A DNA stretch of 64,000 nt from Spirochaetales bacterium (GTDB taxonomy: Bacteria; Spirochaetota; Spirochaetia; JABEVK01): positions 1,842 through 65,841 of the forward strand of contig JABEVK010000004.1 in the NCBI GenBank assembly GCA_013044245.1. Direction: 5' to 3'. Below the pieces are notes generated by a model. That model searched no databases. It was not told the origin of the DNA and saw nothing but the letters and a program-made list of their open reading frames with translations. The position numbers were made by a program, and so were the translations under genes. This document shows positions 17,103 through 26,753 of the stretch, in pieces (position 1 is the first letter of the stretch; every line of letters starts with the position of its first letter).

Positions 17103-17915
17103 TTAAGAAAACCCACGATCTTGGCGCAAGCGTTCATAGGCGTGTTGAAGATTGATAAACTTTTCAGTTTTTTGAGTTTTTGCCGGGTCATCATCTTTGA
17201 GGTGCTGCCAGCGATCGGGGTGGTATTCTCTCACCAGGGAGCGATAAGCTTTTTTAATTTCTTCAACAGTAGCTTGCGGGGATAAACCCAAAACCTGGTA
17301 GGCCTCTGGCCCAGCGGCCGACGCGGGGCGAAAGCTAGACCATTGTTGCTGGTAATTCTCTTGTGTTCGGGTGTTTTGAGAAAAACCCGCAGAGCCTGTG
17401 TCCTCAAGAATACCAAAGCTGAGGGCAATGGTATCGAGAATTTCAACAATTCCCAAGCGAACCTGACCAAGCCCGGCAAGCTGCCGACAGGTGGCATGTA
17501 TCCAAAGAAGGGTTTGCAGGTCAAGAAAGAAATTCTCAGCAAGATTTTCTGCCAATACACGCACATCAGTAAGCACCGTCGAGTCGGGACTGGCAAGAGC
17601 CTCGTCTAGCGACTCACGAAACATTTTTACGGCGTAGTTTTGTCGCCACGGCGAAAGATCCAGTCTGGGAATAACAATGGTCTGAAGAAACATCGCCTGG
17701 GCTTGGCTAAAGTGCTTTCCATAGCCCGCTACCCGACCAAATAACGAAAAAAGAAGGGGAATTAGGTCGTCGCTCTGACGGTCAGCCCCAAGACTCTGTC
17801 GTTCTAACAAGACATCAAACAGGTGACCAAGGGCTAAGCCTATGATAAGACCAAGGGGGCCAAAGGCAAAAAATCCTAGCAATAACCCCGTAATTTTGCC
17901 AAAAATATTCACCAA
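17103..17915 (-). CDS. djlA: DjlA-type membrane-anchored co-chaperone (TM + TerB-like + C-terminal J domain)
   Basis: N-terminal TM helix (LLGFFAFGPLGLIIGLALG). The C-terminal J domain reads YQVLGLSPQATVEEIKKAYRSLVREYHPDR with the HPD motif. Confidence 0.65.
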   Translation of the reverse strand: MVNIFGKITGLLLGFFAFGPLGLIIGLALGHLFDVLLERQSLGADRQSDDLIPLLFSLFGRVAGYGKHFSQAQAMFLQTIVIPRLDLSPWRQNYAVKMFRESLDEALASPDSTVLTDVRVLAENLAENFFLDLQTLLWIHATCRQLAGLGQVRLGIVEILDTIALSFGILEDTGSAGFSQNTRTQENYQQQWSSFRPASAAGPEAYQVLGLSPQATVEEIKKAYRSLVREYHPDRWQHLKDDDPAKTQKTEKFINLQHAYERLRQDRGFS

Positions 17916-18037
17916 ACTATTCTAGCATGAACAAAAACTCAGGGCAATTGAACAGAGCCTAATGATTAAAAACAGATCCGAGAGATTTAGCGGAGTCATC
18001 TTTCTTTTTTTGGAACTCTGTAGCATAATCTGAATCT

Positions 18038-18820
18038 ATGAGAATCATGGTCACTGGCAGTCATGGAACTGTGGGAAAGGCTCTGTGCTCATACTTAGAG
18101 CAAAAAGGGCACACGGTGGTAGCCTGGGATCGAAATTCGGTCTCGTTTACAGACTACTGGGCTATGGAAAACTACTTACGTTCCAGTCAGATTAAGGCTC
18201 TTTATCATCTGGCTGTTCCGTCCCAAAAAACTGGGTTGGCCAACGAAAGCTGGTTGGTGAACTATCAGTGGACGAGTGAGCTTGCTTGGTTATGCAAAGT
18301 TCTTGACGTCCAGTTTATCTTTATTAGTACTGTGATGGTTTTTTCGTCCCAAAGCCAGGGGCCTTTTACCGTAAACTCACCAGCTGATGCGGGTGATGGC
18401 TATGGGATGGAAAAACGTCTTGCTGAAGAACGGGTTTTTTACCAAAACCCCAGTGCCAAGGTTGTCCGCTTGGGGTGGCAAATTGGCGAATCACCCGGAA
18501 GTAATAACATGTTGGACTTTTTTGAGTCTAAGATGCAGGAAGAAGGCATTGTATCGTGTAGTACGCGCTGGCTACCGGCCTGTTCGTTCATCTCTGATAC
18601 CGTACAGGCGCTCGAGAATGTTCTTAGCCAAGGATCCGGCTTGTACCTGTTTGACACCAACGAAAAATGGAATTTCTATCAAATAGCCTTTGCCTTGAAT
18701 CAAATTCATGGAAAACGCTGGAAAATCACAGCAACAGATAAATTTGTGTTTGACCAACGCATGCAGGATGAACGATTTCCGCATTTCTCGCTACAGACTC
18801 ATTTACCGGTTCTCAAGTAG
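18038..18820 (+). CDS. NAD(P)-dependent sugar-nucleotide reductase/epimerase (RmlD substrate-binding-domain family)
   Basis: Rossmann N-terminus (MRIMVTGSHGTVG), then ISTVMVF, YGMEK (YxxxK) and NNMLDF motifs resembling dTDP-4-dehydrorhamnose reductase. Confidence 0.5.
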   Translation: MRIMVTGSHGTVGKALCSYLEQKGHTVVAWDRNSVSFTDYWAMENYLRSSQIKALYHLAVPSQKTGLANESWLVNYQWTSELAWLCKVLDVQFIFISTVMVFSSQSQGPFTVNSPADAGDGYGMEKRLAEERVFYQNPSAKVVRLGWQIGESPGSNNMLDFFESKMQEEGIVSCSTRWLPACSFISDTVQALENVLSQGSGLYLFDTNEKWNFYQIAFALNQIHGKRWKITATDKFVFDQRMQDERFPHFSLQTHLPVLK

Positions 18821-18842
18821 GTGTGGGGGCGTCAAGTAGCCC

Positions 18843-19664
18843 TTATCGAAGATAGATGCCATCGGGTTCGAGTCGAATTACTTTTTCGCGAAAAAGGGTG
18901 CCGCAGGCTTGTTTAAAGGCTCGTTTTGAAAGTCCTAAAGCATTTTCAACAGATTCAGGTGTCGATTGGTCCGTTAACGGCAAATGCCCACCAGCGTTTT
19001 TTAACGCCGTAAGGAGTTTCTCAACGGCGTAGGCGTTGCGATCTTCAAACCCCTGAGGAGTTCGACTCAGGTCCAGGCGGCCATCCTCTCGACGTGAGGT
19101 CACAAACGCTTCCACCTTCATACCGGGCTTTAAGTCTTGGCTTTGAGGAAAAAAAAGCATTCCTTGCCAACTATGATTCACAATGACTGTCCATCCGCGC
19201 TCATGAGCTTTCCATACAAGCACTTCTACCTTGGTTCCGTTCGCCAAAGCGGGAGCAGGAAACAAATGACGTCCCAAACGTGCTGTCGCGTACAAGCGGT
19301 CGGTTTGGTCGTCGAGAAGAAGCATAATCATCACAAAATCATCTTTTTTAAGGATCGTCCCTTGTTCTTTGCGAGGGAGCAGTAGATGTTTGTCTAAGCC
19401 CCAATCTAACCAAACTCCGGCTGAAGAAACATCAACAACTTTTAACCAAGCACAATGTTGTAACGTGACGAAGGGGGCCTGTACCGTGGCCGTTAGCCGG
19501 TCTTCGGAGTCACGGTAGATAAAAGCTGAGATCGTTTGACCATCGGTGTACTCCGGTCGAACTTCTTTGGTGGGGAGAAGAACCTCGCTATCGGAATCGC
19601 CCAACCATGCCCCATGAGTGGAGCGGCGTAAAAAGGTTAAAGTTTGATACTGACCAAGTTCCAT
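18843..19664 (-). CDS. cvfB: CvfB/YitL-family S1-domain RNA-binding protein
   Basis: Three S1-like OB segments followed by a C-terminal winged helix (GLSKRAFKQACGTLFREKVI). Size is 273 aa. Confidence 0.65.
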   Translation of the reverse strand: MELGQYQTLTFLRRSTHGAWLGDSDSEVLLPTKEVRPEYTDGQTISAFIYRDSEDRLTATVQAPFVTLQHCAWLKVVDVSSAGVWLDWGLDKHLLLPRKEQGTILKKDDFVMIMLLLDDQTDRLYATARLGRHLFPAPALANGTKVEVLVWKAHERGWTVIVNHSWQGMLFFPQSQDLKPGMKVEAFVTSRREDGRLDLSRTPQGFEDRNAYAVEKLLTALKNAGGHLPLTDQSTPESVENALGLSKRAFKQACGTLFREKVIRLEPDGIYLR

Positions 19665-19673
19665 GGTGTTACC

Positions 19674-21641
19674 TCATAATAATTGAAGGGGATCGATGTC
19701 GACTTCGATGTGGACATCGCGTGAGACTCGAATCTTTTCTAAAGCAGTTTTCGCTGCCGTATGCAACAAAGGAAAATGATGTGCTCGCAAGAGTACTTGA
19801 TAACGGTATTGAGCGGACTGCTTAGCAATCGCACATTCTGACGGTCCCAAGATTTCTCCTCCTTCAGCTCGAAACCAAGAGTTCTGCCCTAGCTCCTCCG
19901 CCAAGTTTAGGGCGGCCTTTTGGGCCAAAGTGTCTTGAAATGAACGAACAACAAAACGGATAAGGCGTGAATATGGGGGGAAATCCAAGAGTTTCCTCAG
20001 GGAAAGCTCCTGCTTCCAAAATTCCTCGTCCTGGCCTTCGGCTGCCCAGCGAATAACGGTGTTGTCTGGTCTTGAACTTTGAAGAATGACGAGTCCGTCG
20101 GGGTGTGTTCGACCGGCACGTCCCGTCACCTGACGAATCAAAGCATACACACGTTCTGAGGCACGAAAATCAGGCAAAGAAAGCCCGGCTTCAGCATTCA
20201 GAATTCCCACCAGTTTTACTCGCGGAAAGTCGAGACCTTTGGCAACCATCTGTGTACCAACGAGAATATCCACCTTGCCTTGGCCAAACTCCTCGAGTAG
20301 TCTGGGGGTATCTGCGCCGGCTGTATCACTATCGACGCGGGCGGACCGTAAGCGAGGAAATAACCTGGTAAGGTCATCCATCACATGTTCTGTTCCTGGA
20401 ACGCGCCATCCTACATCTAAGGAACCACAATGAGGACATATCGAAACCGGGGCTGTTTGATAACCACATAAATGACAAACCAAAACACCTCGGGCTTTAT
20501 GCCAAGTGAGGCTCACAGAACAATGCCGGCATAAAAGATCTTCACCGCAGGTACGGCAATGAAATGAAGAACCGTAACCCCTCCTATTCAAGAATAAAAT
20601 ACTTTGGCGACCTTCGATCGCTGTCTGATGAATTGCCTCAATCAGTGGTGCCGAAAATAGACTCTTAGGATCCCGAGGAACGATGAGTACCCGCGGAGGA
20701 GCACCACCAGCGGCTCGTTGAGTAAGGCGGGCATGGGCGAAGGTTTTATTTAAAAGGGCATGATACGATTCTAAGCTGGGTGTTGCACTGCCCATCACCA
20801 GTTTGGCACCGGATTTTTGTGCTAAGTAAAAGGCGATCTGTCGGGCGTGGTAGCGGGGCGTTTGCCCAGATTTGTAGCTTGTTTCGTGTTCTTCATCGAT
20901 AATGATCAAACCCAAATTTTGAAAAGGGGCAAAGATCGCACTTCGAGCTCCAACTACCAGCCTGGCTTGTTCGGTTTGAATTTTACGCCATTCCCCTAAG
21001 CGTTGAGCGGGGGTTAAGGCTGAATGCAAAATCGCTACTTGTGAGCCAAATCTTTGCCGTAAAATCTTTACCAATGGCCATGTCAGAGCGATTTCAGGAA
21101 CCAAGTAGAGCACCTGTTGTCCCGCTTCGAGGATCGTATTCGCAGACTGCAAAAAAACCTCAGTTTTTCCGGTGCCTGTTAACCCCCACAGATAAAAGGG
21201 ACGATCGCTTGCTAAAATGGCTTGACGAGCCTTGAGCTGTTCGTTGTTGAGAGTCAGCTGATGAGCGGCGATTGACACAACCTCGGGAAAAGGAACCTCA
21301 CGTTTTCGCTGAGCAGACGGAAGCATTAAGGCCAAGGCTTGCCCTAGGCGACAGAGATATTGCCGACTCATCCATTGAGCCAAGTCCAAGGACCATCGAC
21401 CAAAGAGCGACTCTTCATCAAGAATTTTTTTGAGAGGTTTGATTTCGATTCCCTCGGGGGGCGTCACAGGAGAAGCTATGACGACGCCTGTCTTGTGGCC
21501 GCGGCCAAACGGCGCTTGAACTCTTTGTCCGGGAACTAAGACGGCACCCTTGACAGCGTACGTGAAGTTCTGCGCCATCGGGAGATCGAAGGCTACTTCG
21601 CAGTATAAGAGATTGTTATCGTTTGAGCTTTCAGTGGTCAC
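19674..21641 (-). CDS. priA: primosomal protein N' (replication-restart helicase PriA)
   Basis: Walker A (LWGLTGTGKTEVFL), DEEH box, and a Cys-rich zinc-binding insertion (CRTCGEDLLCRHCSVSLTWH...CHLCG). Length is 655 aa. Confidence 0.85.
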   Translation of the reverse strand: MTTESSNDNNLLYCEVAFDLPMAQNFTYAVKGAVLVPGQRVQAPFGRGHKTGVVIASPVTPPEGIEIKPLKKILDEESLFGRWSLDLAQWMSRQYLCRLGQALALMLPSAQRKREVPFPEVVSIAAHQLTLNNEQLKARQAILASDRPFYLWGLTGTGKTEVFLQSANTILEAGQQVLYLVPEIALTWPLVKILRQRFGSQVAILHSALTPAQRLGEWRKIQTEQARLVVGARSAIFAPFQNLGLIIIDEEHETSYKSGQTPRYHARQIAFYLAQKSGAKLVMGSATPSLESYHALLNKTFAHARLTQRAAGGAPPRVLIVPRDPKSLFSAPLIEAIHQTAIEGRQSILFLNRRGYGSSFHCRTCGEDLLCRHCSVSLTWHKARGVLVCHLCGYQTAPVSICPHCGSLDVGWRVPGTEHVMDDLTRLFPRLRSARVDSDTAGADTPRLLEEFGQGKVDILVGTQMVAKGLDFPRVKLVGILNAEAGLSLPDFRASERVYALIRQVTGRAGRTHPDGLVILQSSRPDNTVIRWAAEGQDEEFWKQELSLRKLLDFPPYSRLIRFVVRSFQDTLAQKAALNLAEELGQNSWFRAEGGEILGPSECAIAKQSAQYRYQVLLRAHHFPLLHTAAKTALEKIRVSRDVHIEVDIDPLQLL

Positions 21642-22267
21642 GCAACCACCGATTTTAATTTGGCAACTAATCGTTGAGCATCACGCCATACATGTGCTTT
21701 TAAACTGGCTAGCGCTGGTGATTCAGGGGGAAGACTCAGTAAGGCCGACGGATGGTACGTAGTAATTAAAGGGGTTTTTGCGAAAGGAAACTCGCCAGAT
21801 CGTAACGTGTCTATGCTAGAAGGCGCATGAAGAAGCTTAGCGGCTGGTTGGGGGCCTAAGCAAAAAATGACTTGCGGTTTGAGTTGTTCTATGAGATTAG
21901 TAAAATACACTCGCGAATCATCGTCGGTTAGGGGCGGCCAGAGGTGGATGAGAAATGTTTGATTAAAAGATACCCGCAATTTGTCGTTCTCGAACCACTT
22001 TCGAGCATAATGGTTTTCTTCAGGCGTCAAGGAATCAGTCACTAAAAGAACGGGAGCTGACACTGAGCCTTCCCAGGCTGGCCAATTCGTCCCAGGGGGA
22101 ATTTTGTCTGCCCAGTCTTTGAGGAAATCGGCGAGTGAGCCCCCAGAGGTTTCCGAAAATGCAGGGATCTTGGCTAAAAAGCCTTCCGTTTGGAGTAGGG
22201 CTTGAATCTGAAAGGTCAGATCCCAAAGAACGGTCTCGGGAGCGTTAGAGGCAAAATTCATGGGCAT
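21638..22267 (-). CDS. uracil-DNA-glycosylase-superfamily-like protein (divergent)
   Basis: The C-terminal TTYHPSALL matches the UDG HPS motif, and VIFCLGPQPAAKLL resembles the UDG core strand. No canonical GExPG motif was found. The longest ORF (to 22384) overlaps truA by 140 nt, so I take the internal Met at about 22261-22267 as the likely start. Confidence 0.35.
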   Translation of the reverse strand: MPMNFASNAPETVLWDLTFQIQALLQTEGFLAKIPAFSETSGGSLADFLKDWADKIPPGTNWPAWEGSVSAPVLLVTDSLTPEENHYARKWFENDKLRVSFNQTFLIHLWPPLTDDDSRVYFTNLIEQLKPQVIFCLGPQPAAKLLHAPSSIDTLRSGEFPFAKTPLITTYHPSALLSLPPESPALASLKAHVWRDAQRLVAKLKSVVA

Positions 22268-23003
22268 GATACACCACCTTGTGCAAAAAAAGACCCTCTG
22301 CCGGTGCGGTTGGACCAGCCATTCTGCGGTCCCGGGAAGCCAAGGCTTCGGCAAAACGAGTCGCAGGCTCAGGTCTACTGCCAAACGTTAACATGGTTCC
22401 GACAAGTGATCGCACCATTCTCCATAAAAAAGCATTCCCGGCAATCCGGAAAACAACACGGTCACGCCAAGCAAACCACGTAGCCTGGTAGATAAAACGA
22501 CTGCGTGACTGACTGGGGTCTTGAGCATGACTGAAGGTTGTAAAATCCTGTTCACCATGGAGCTGATGCGCCATAGCGTTTAAGGTTGCTAAAGGGGGAA
22601 TTTTTGCAGGGGTGACCCAGGCACGATCCCAGGGAAGGATTACTTCACTGGGTTGCAGGTAGTACTGGTAAACCCGTGCGAGAGCAGAAAATCGGGCATG
22701 AAAAGTTTCGCTGACTTCTTGGCAGGAAAGGACGCGGATTGACCGGGGCAAAAGACTGTTAAGCCCACGTTGAAACGCCAAGCCGTTCATTCTTGTGTTG
22801 ACAGCATCAAAGTGAGCTGTTTGGGAGCGAGCATGAACACCCGAGTCCGTTCGTCCTGCCCCAACGAGGTTGATCGGTTGATGTAACAGCCTGCTCAAGG
22901 CTTTTTCAAGTTCATCTTGAATCGTTCTGGCTTCAGTTCGCTGGCTTTGCCAGCCCTCGTAGGGTGTTCCATCATACGCAAGGTTGAGTCGAAATCGCTT
23001 CAT
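22245..23003 (-). CDS. truA: tRNA pseudouridine(38-40) synthase
   Basis: LAYDGTPYEGWQSQ...GAGRTDSGVHA is the TruA catalytic-Asp motif. Length is 252 aa. Confidence 0.85.
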   Translation of the reverse strand: MKRFRLNLAYDGTPYEGWQSQRTEARTIQDELEKALSRLLHQPINLVGAGRTDSGVHARSQTAHFDAVNTRMNGLAFQRGLNSLLPRSIRVLSCQEVSETFHARFSALARVYQYYLQPSEVILPWDRAWVTPAKIPPLATLNAMAHQLHGEQDFTTFSHAQDPSQSRSRFIYQATWFAWRDRVVFRIAGNAFLWRMVRSLVGTMLTFGSRPEPATRFAEALASRDRRMAGPTAPAEGLFLHKVVYHAHEFCL

Positions 23004-23851
23004 TCGTCTTTGATCGCCTCGCCCATCAACTTATGTAAATCCTTGGCCTTATCGATAAGAGCAGAAGGCTTTGCTTTAGAGGATTTTCCCATCCCTACTA
23101 ATCGAGCGATAGCACGTCGAGCGGTGGCCAAAGATTCTGCTCGTGCCGCTTCATTTTCACGGTTTCCAAAGTGAAATTCTAACCAGCCGGTCAGATACAT
23201 GACTCCATCATATCCGTAATTATTATCAACGTCTGGACCAAAGAACATCGATGCGTTGACAGTTTCATCACCACTCTGTTCTTTTTCAACGGTTTGTGTA
23301 TAAAAGAATTTGGCTTTATGGTACAGAATTTTTTCAAGGTAATCCCAGTTCTCGCTGGGGTATTTTTTGTGCAGATCAGCAAAGCACCACGCCCCGCGTA
23401 AAGCGCAGATCGCAGACTTGACCGTTGGTGAAAATGTGTTAGTAAAGTGATTGTAAGTCATCAGACATAGAAGGTATCCGGCTGCGCCCTCATACAGGGT
23501 TTTAGGGTGTTCAAAGTCAAGATCGTCAAACAGAGGGTCAACGAACTTTTTGCGTTCCTCCTCTTCGGCCCGAAGTGCATCAATGGCCTTGGGGTCAGGA
23601 GTTAAAAAATCGCTGGACAAGGCAGAATAATAACAGCGAGGACAAGTGAGAACCGAATAGATGAGAGGGTATATTTCACCAAACTTCTTCGAAGCCTCAT
23701 AGAAACGTCGCAAGTCATCACCAAGGGGACCCGCTATTTGCCGACCTCCGCCTTGACGTAGTTCTTCCTTTTTAAAAGGAGCTTCACAAATGGGGCACAA
23801 GGTGTCATTTTTCTGAAAAAACGTTAGCTTACTTACAGAGGGATCCGACAT
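23000..23851 (-). CDS. DUF2225-like protein (N-terminal CxxC...CxxC zinc ribbon + helical repeat domain)
   Basis: CPICEAPF ... CPRCYYSA zinc-ribbon arrangement followed by a helical, TPR-like region. Confidence 0.45.
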   Translation of the reverse strand: MSDPSVSKLTFFQKNDTLCPICEAPFKKEELRQGGGRQIAGPLGDDLRRFYEASKKFGEIYPLIYSVLTCPRCYYSALSSDFLTPDPKAIDALRAEEEERKKFVDPLFDDLDFEHPKTLYEGAAGYLLCLMTYNHFTNTFSPTVKSAICALRGAWCFADLHKKYPSENWDYLEKILYHKAKFFYTQTVEKEQSGDETVNASMFFGPDVDNNYGYDGVMYLTGWLEFHFGNRENEAARAESLATARRAIARLVGMGKSSKAKPSALIDKAKDLHKLMGEAIKDE

Positions 23852-23853
23852 CG

Positions 23854-24222
23854 TTACAGCTCCATGACGACAAATGCTACGGCATATTCTTTTTCATGCG
23901 AGAGTGAGAGATGAACGTGAGAAATTTTCTGACGCTTTAATACCTCTGCAGCTTTACCGGTAAGCACGAGAAAAGGTTTTCCGTCAGCCCCCCGTTGGAC
24001 TTCGATGTCTCGTAAGGGTAAGCCCCTCAATCCAGAGCCTAAAGCTTTTCCAAAGGCCTCTTTGGCGGCGAACCGAGCGGCCAAAGAAGCTTCAGGATGC
24101 GCACTAGCCTGGACATCACGGATTTCATGAATAGTAAAATACCGTTCCAAAAGTTGAGGCTGAGAAAGCCAAGGCAGCAAGCGCCGGTTTTCGACAAGAT
24201 CAATACCAATTCCCGTGATCAT
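23854..24222 (-). CDS. acpS: holo-[acyl-carrier-protein] synthase
   Basis: MITGIGIDLVE...FAAKEAFGKALG is the AcpS 4'-phosphopantetheinyl transferase signature. Length is 122 aa. Confidence 0.8.
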   Translation of the reverse strand: MITGIGIDLVENRRLLPWLSQPQLLERYFTIHEIRDVQASAHPEASLAARFAAKEAFGKALGSGLRGLPLRDIEVQRGADGKPFLVLTGKAAEVLKRQKISHVHLSLSHEKEYAVAFVVMEL

Positions 24223-25307
24223 GGTTTTTTCTCCAAAATGAGGTTAATCACTGCAGGCATGACCTCGACAAGATCAACACCGGGGGGCAGAAGCACGCGG
24301 ATCGGCACATCCACCGCTTCACCGGGTCCATTAAAGTTGGTTACGTCAGCTTCAACATGTACTTTTTCAGCTCCAAGGCCAGCTAGTGCTTGCCTGGTAC
24401 CCCTAACGCGGACAGCAACGGGAGAAGGGGGAATCGTTACTTCAAGACCAGAAACGAGGCCGACAATTTGCGGTTGAAGGCTAGGGAAAGTCATGGTTTG
24501 TAACGAGGACTTCATTTTACCATAGACCTCAACAGAATGTCCTAAAGGAAAGTCTAAGAGCGAAGAATTGAGGACCAAATGAACTTTGATCGTAAAATTG
24601 TCGGTTTTTCCTCGTAAGTCGATGGGTTCGGTTTCAACGAACTTGAGTTTACCCATGCGTACCCGAGGACCTTCTACCGTAATACGCGAAGGCGAAACAT
24701 TGAAGCCAGAAAGCTCAAAATCTTTGCCTGGTTGACCAGAGAATTGGGGGACCACGGGAACTGTTTTTATAACTTTTCGCTCCAGACGTAAGCGAAGCAT
24801 CATGGGGTCAGCAACTATTTCGAGGTTTTCTAGGTCGGCGGCATTACCTCGTCGTCGAATTTGCACGGGAGCACGGTAAATACCTTCGCCCGAGCGGTCG
24901 GAAAAGTCAGCTACTGCTTCAATTTCATGTTCCGAAAGGGCAGACAGCTCATCTTTAGGGCCTCGTATGGTGAGTTTGACACGTGAAGTCCAATTTTCAG
25001 CGGGGACGAGCGAGGTGTCGGTGATCAATCGCACGGGTACCGTGATATTCTTTTCACCTAAGGTGTCGATGCGGTTATAAAAAAAGAGTAAAAGCGCCGC
25101 CGCTACTGAGAGGATCTTAGCCGGCCATTGATCTAAAATTTTTTTCCAGGGAATCTTATCCAACAAACTCCCCCTTTTCTGTCGGTTCTTCTTCGTCCTT
25201 AAACTCGAGAAGCTCTTTGAGTCGACGCCGGGCTTCTTCAGGGGAAAGATCATAATGAAGCGCACCGTTGTACGCCAGAGACAAGGCACCGGTTTCCTCA
25301 GAAACAA
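24219..25307 (-). CDS. cdaR: CdaR/YbbR-domain regulator of diadenylate cyclase
   Basis: An N-terminal TM segment followed by repeated YbbR-like beta-rich segments, in the conserved position downstream of cdaA. The longest ORF overlaps cdaA by about 150 nt, so the real start is probably internal. Confidence 0.55.
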   Translation of the reverse strand: MFLRKPVPCLWRTTVRFIMIFPLKKPGVDSKSFSSLRTKKNRQKRGSLLDKIPWKKILDQWPAKILSVAAALLLFFYNRIDTLGEKNITVPVRLITDTSLVPAENWTSRVKLTIRGPKDELSALSEHEIEAVADFSDRSGEGIYRAPVQIRRRGNAADLENLEIVADPMMLRLRLERKVIKTVPVVPQFSGQPGKDFELSGFNVSPSRITVEGPRVRMGKLKFVETEPIDLRGKTDNFTIKVHLVLNSSLLDFPLGHSVEVYGKMKSSLQTMTFPSLQPQIVGLVSGLEVTIPPSPVAVRVRGTRQALAGLGAEKVHVEADVTNFNGPGEAVDVPIRVLLPPGVDLVEVMPAVINLILEKKP

Positions 25308-25962
25308 CGACGGTCACAGCATCGGACTCTTCGGCCATCCCTAAAGCCGCTCGGTGCCTGGTTCCAAAGCTTTTCGAAATGGTCGTATTTTCAGAAAGCG
25401 GATAAAAACAACCAGCTGAGACGAGCCGTTCCCCCTGAATAATGGTGCCACCGTCATGAAGAGGCGTGTCAAAGCTAAAGATGGTCAGAAGAAGGGCGGA
25501 TGTGAGTTCAGCGTCCATTGGTGTGCCTCGATCTACAATATTTTTCAAACCCACTTTGCGAATAAAAGTAATCAAAGCACCACGACGCATCTGGGATAGT
25601 TCCAGACAGGCGGTCAGAACCGCATCAACATGCTGGGCTTTGGGGCGCGACTGGGGGGTGAACCATCCCCCTTGTCCAATTTGGGTAAAGATTTTTCGCA
25701 GCTCTGGCTGAAAAACGATGGCCAAGCCGACAAAAATTCCCGGTGCTAAAAAGTTAAGGATCCAGGTGAGGGTATCGAGCTTGAGGCCAACTGCCAAAAG
25801 GTAGATAACCACCATAAAAAAAATGCCACGAAGAAGGGGGATTGCTCGAGTCTGGTAGAGAATGCGATAGGCTTTGTAAAGTAAAAAAGAAAGTACCCCG
25901 ACGTCCAGAACAGGCCGCAGGATCATTTTGACAACCCAGGAGTTTAGAATCCAGTCCATCAA
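25156..25962 (-). CDS. cdaA: diadenylate cyclase CdaA (c-di-AMP synthase)
   Basis: Three N-terminal TM helices, then a DAC domain: DGA motif region (LHDGGTII) and RHRAALGMAEESDAVTVVVSEETGALSLA. Confidence 0.8.
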   Translation of the reverse strand: MMDWILNSWVVKMILRPVLDVGVLSFLLYKAYRILYQTRAIPLLRGIFFMVVIYLLAVGLKLDTLTWILNFLAPGIFVGLAIVFQPELRKIFTQIGQGGWFTPQSRPKAQHVDAVLTACLELSQMRRGALITFIRKVGLKNIVDRGTPMDAELTSALLLTIFSFDTPLHDGGTIIQGERLVSAGCFYPLSENTTISKSFGTRHRAALGMAEESDAVTVVVSEETGALSLAYNGALHYDLSPEEARRRLKELLEFKDEEEPTEKGEFVG

Positions 25963-26753
25963 ACAGTCCCCTTTGTTAAGGCTTGAAAGACAGTGAGTGC
26001 GCCTACCGTTTCAGGGACGTCGTGAACCCGGATTAGGTCAGCACCTTGAATCAGGCAGGCTAGAGCACCGGCAAGCGATCCCGCTAGGCGGTCCTCAGGT
26101 TGAACTCGTAATAAATCGCCGATCAGCGACTTGCGTGAAAGACCAACAAGGACAGGAAAGCCTAAACGTTTGAGCTGCGGAAGAGCCCGAATCAGGTCGA
26201 TATTGTGGTCTTTTGTTTTTCCAAAACCAATACCAGGATCAAGCACAATTTGTGAAGCTGAAATACCAGCCGCCAGAGCGCGGTCAACGGCCTCACTTAA
26301 AAAGTCACACACTTGTTGAACCACGTCTCTGTACTGAGGTGACAACTGCATGGTCTTGGGGGTTCCGGCCGAATGCATCAAGACAACGGTCATACCGCTG
26401 TCAGCGGCAAAAGCAGCCAGATTCGGGTCGTCTCGCAACGCTGAAACATCGTTGATCCACGTTGCACCCTCTCTCCAGGCGGCTTGTGCGACAGAATATT
26501 TTCGGGTATCGACAGACAACGGCAAGCGGCAACCAGACTTTCGGATGGCCTGGAGCACGGGGATGACCCGAGCCAATTCCGTTTTATCATCGACATAGGC
26601 AGTACCAGGACGGGTGGATTCTCCCCCGATGTCAAGAATGTCTGCCCCTGTGCATTCCATGAACAAAGCTCGTTCAGCCGCTTCTTCGGGCTCTGTACGG
26701 CTGGCCGCAAAAAAACTATCTGGCGTAGCATTAAGGATACCCATTACCTTCAT
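25959..26753 (-). CDS. folP: dihydropteroate synthase
   Basis: GILNATPDSFFAAS ... DILDIGGESTRPG ... DTRK is the pterin-binding DHPS signature. Length is 264 aa. Confidence 0.85.
   Translation of the reverse strand: MKVMGILNATPDSFFAASRTEPEEAAERALFMECTGADILDIGGESTRPGTAYVDDKTELARVIPVLQAIRKSGCRLPLSVDTRKYSVAQAAWREGATWINDVSALRDDPNLAAFAADSGMTVVLMHSAGTPKTMQLSPQYRDVVQQVCDFLSEAVDRALAAGISASQIVLDPGIGFGKTKDHNIDLIRALPQLKRLGFPVLVGLSRKSLIGDLLRVQPEDRLAGSLAGALACLIQGADLIRVHDVPETVGALTVFQALTKGTV

Noticed and set aside
17343-17609. 88-aa plus-strand ORF inside djlA
   Set aside because: Antisense to the DjlA gene, whose J domain and TM segments give it strong support.
18857-18875. GGTTCGAGTC tRNA T-loop-like string
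   Set aside because: Lies inside the cvfB coding sequence. No flanking acceptor or anticodon arms can be folded. No intergenic space is long enough for a tRNA anywhere in the window.
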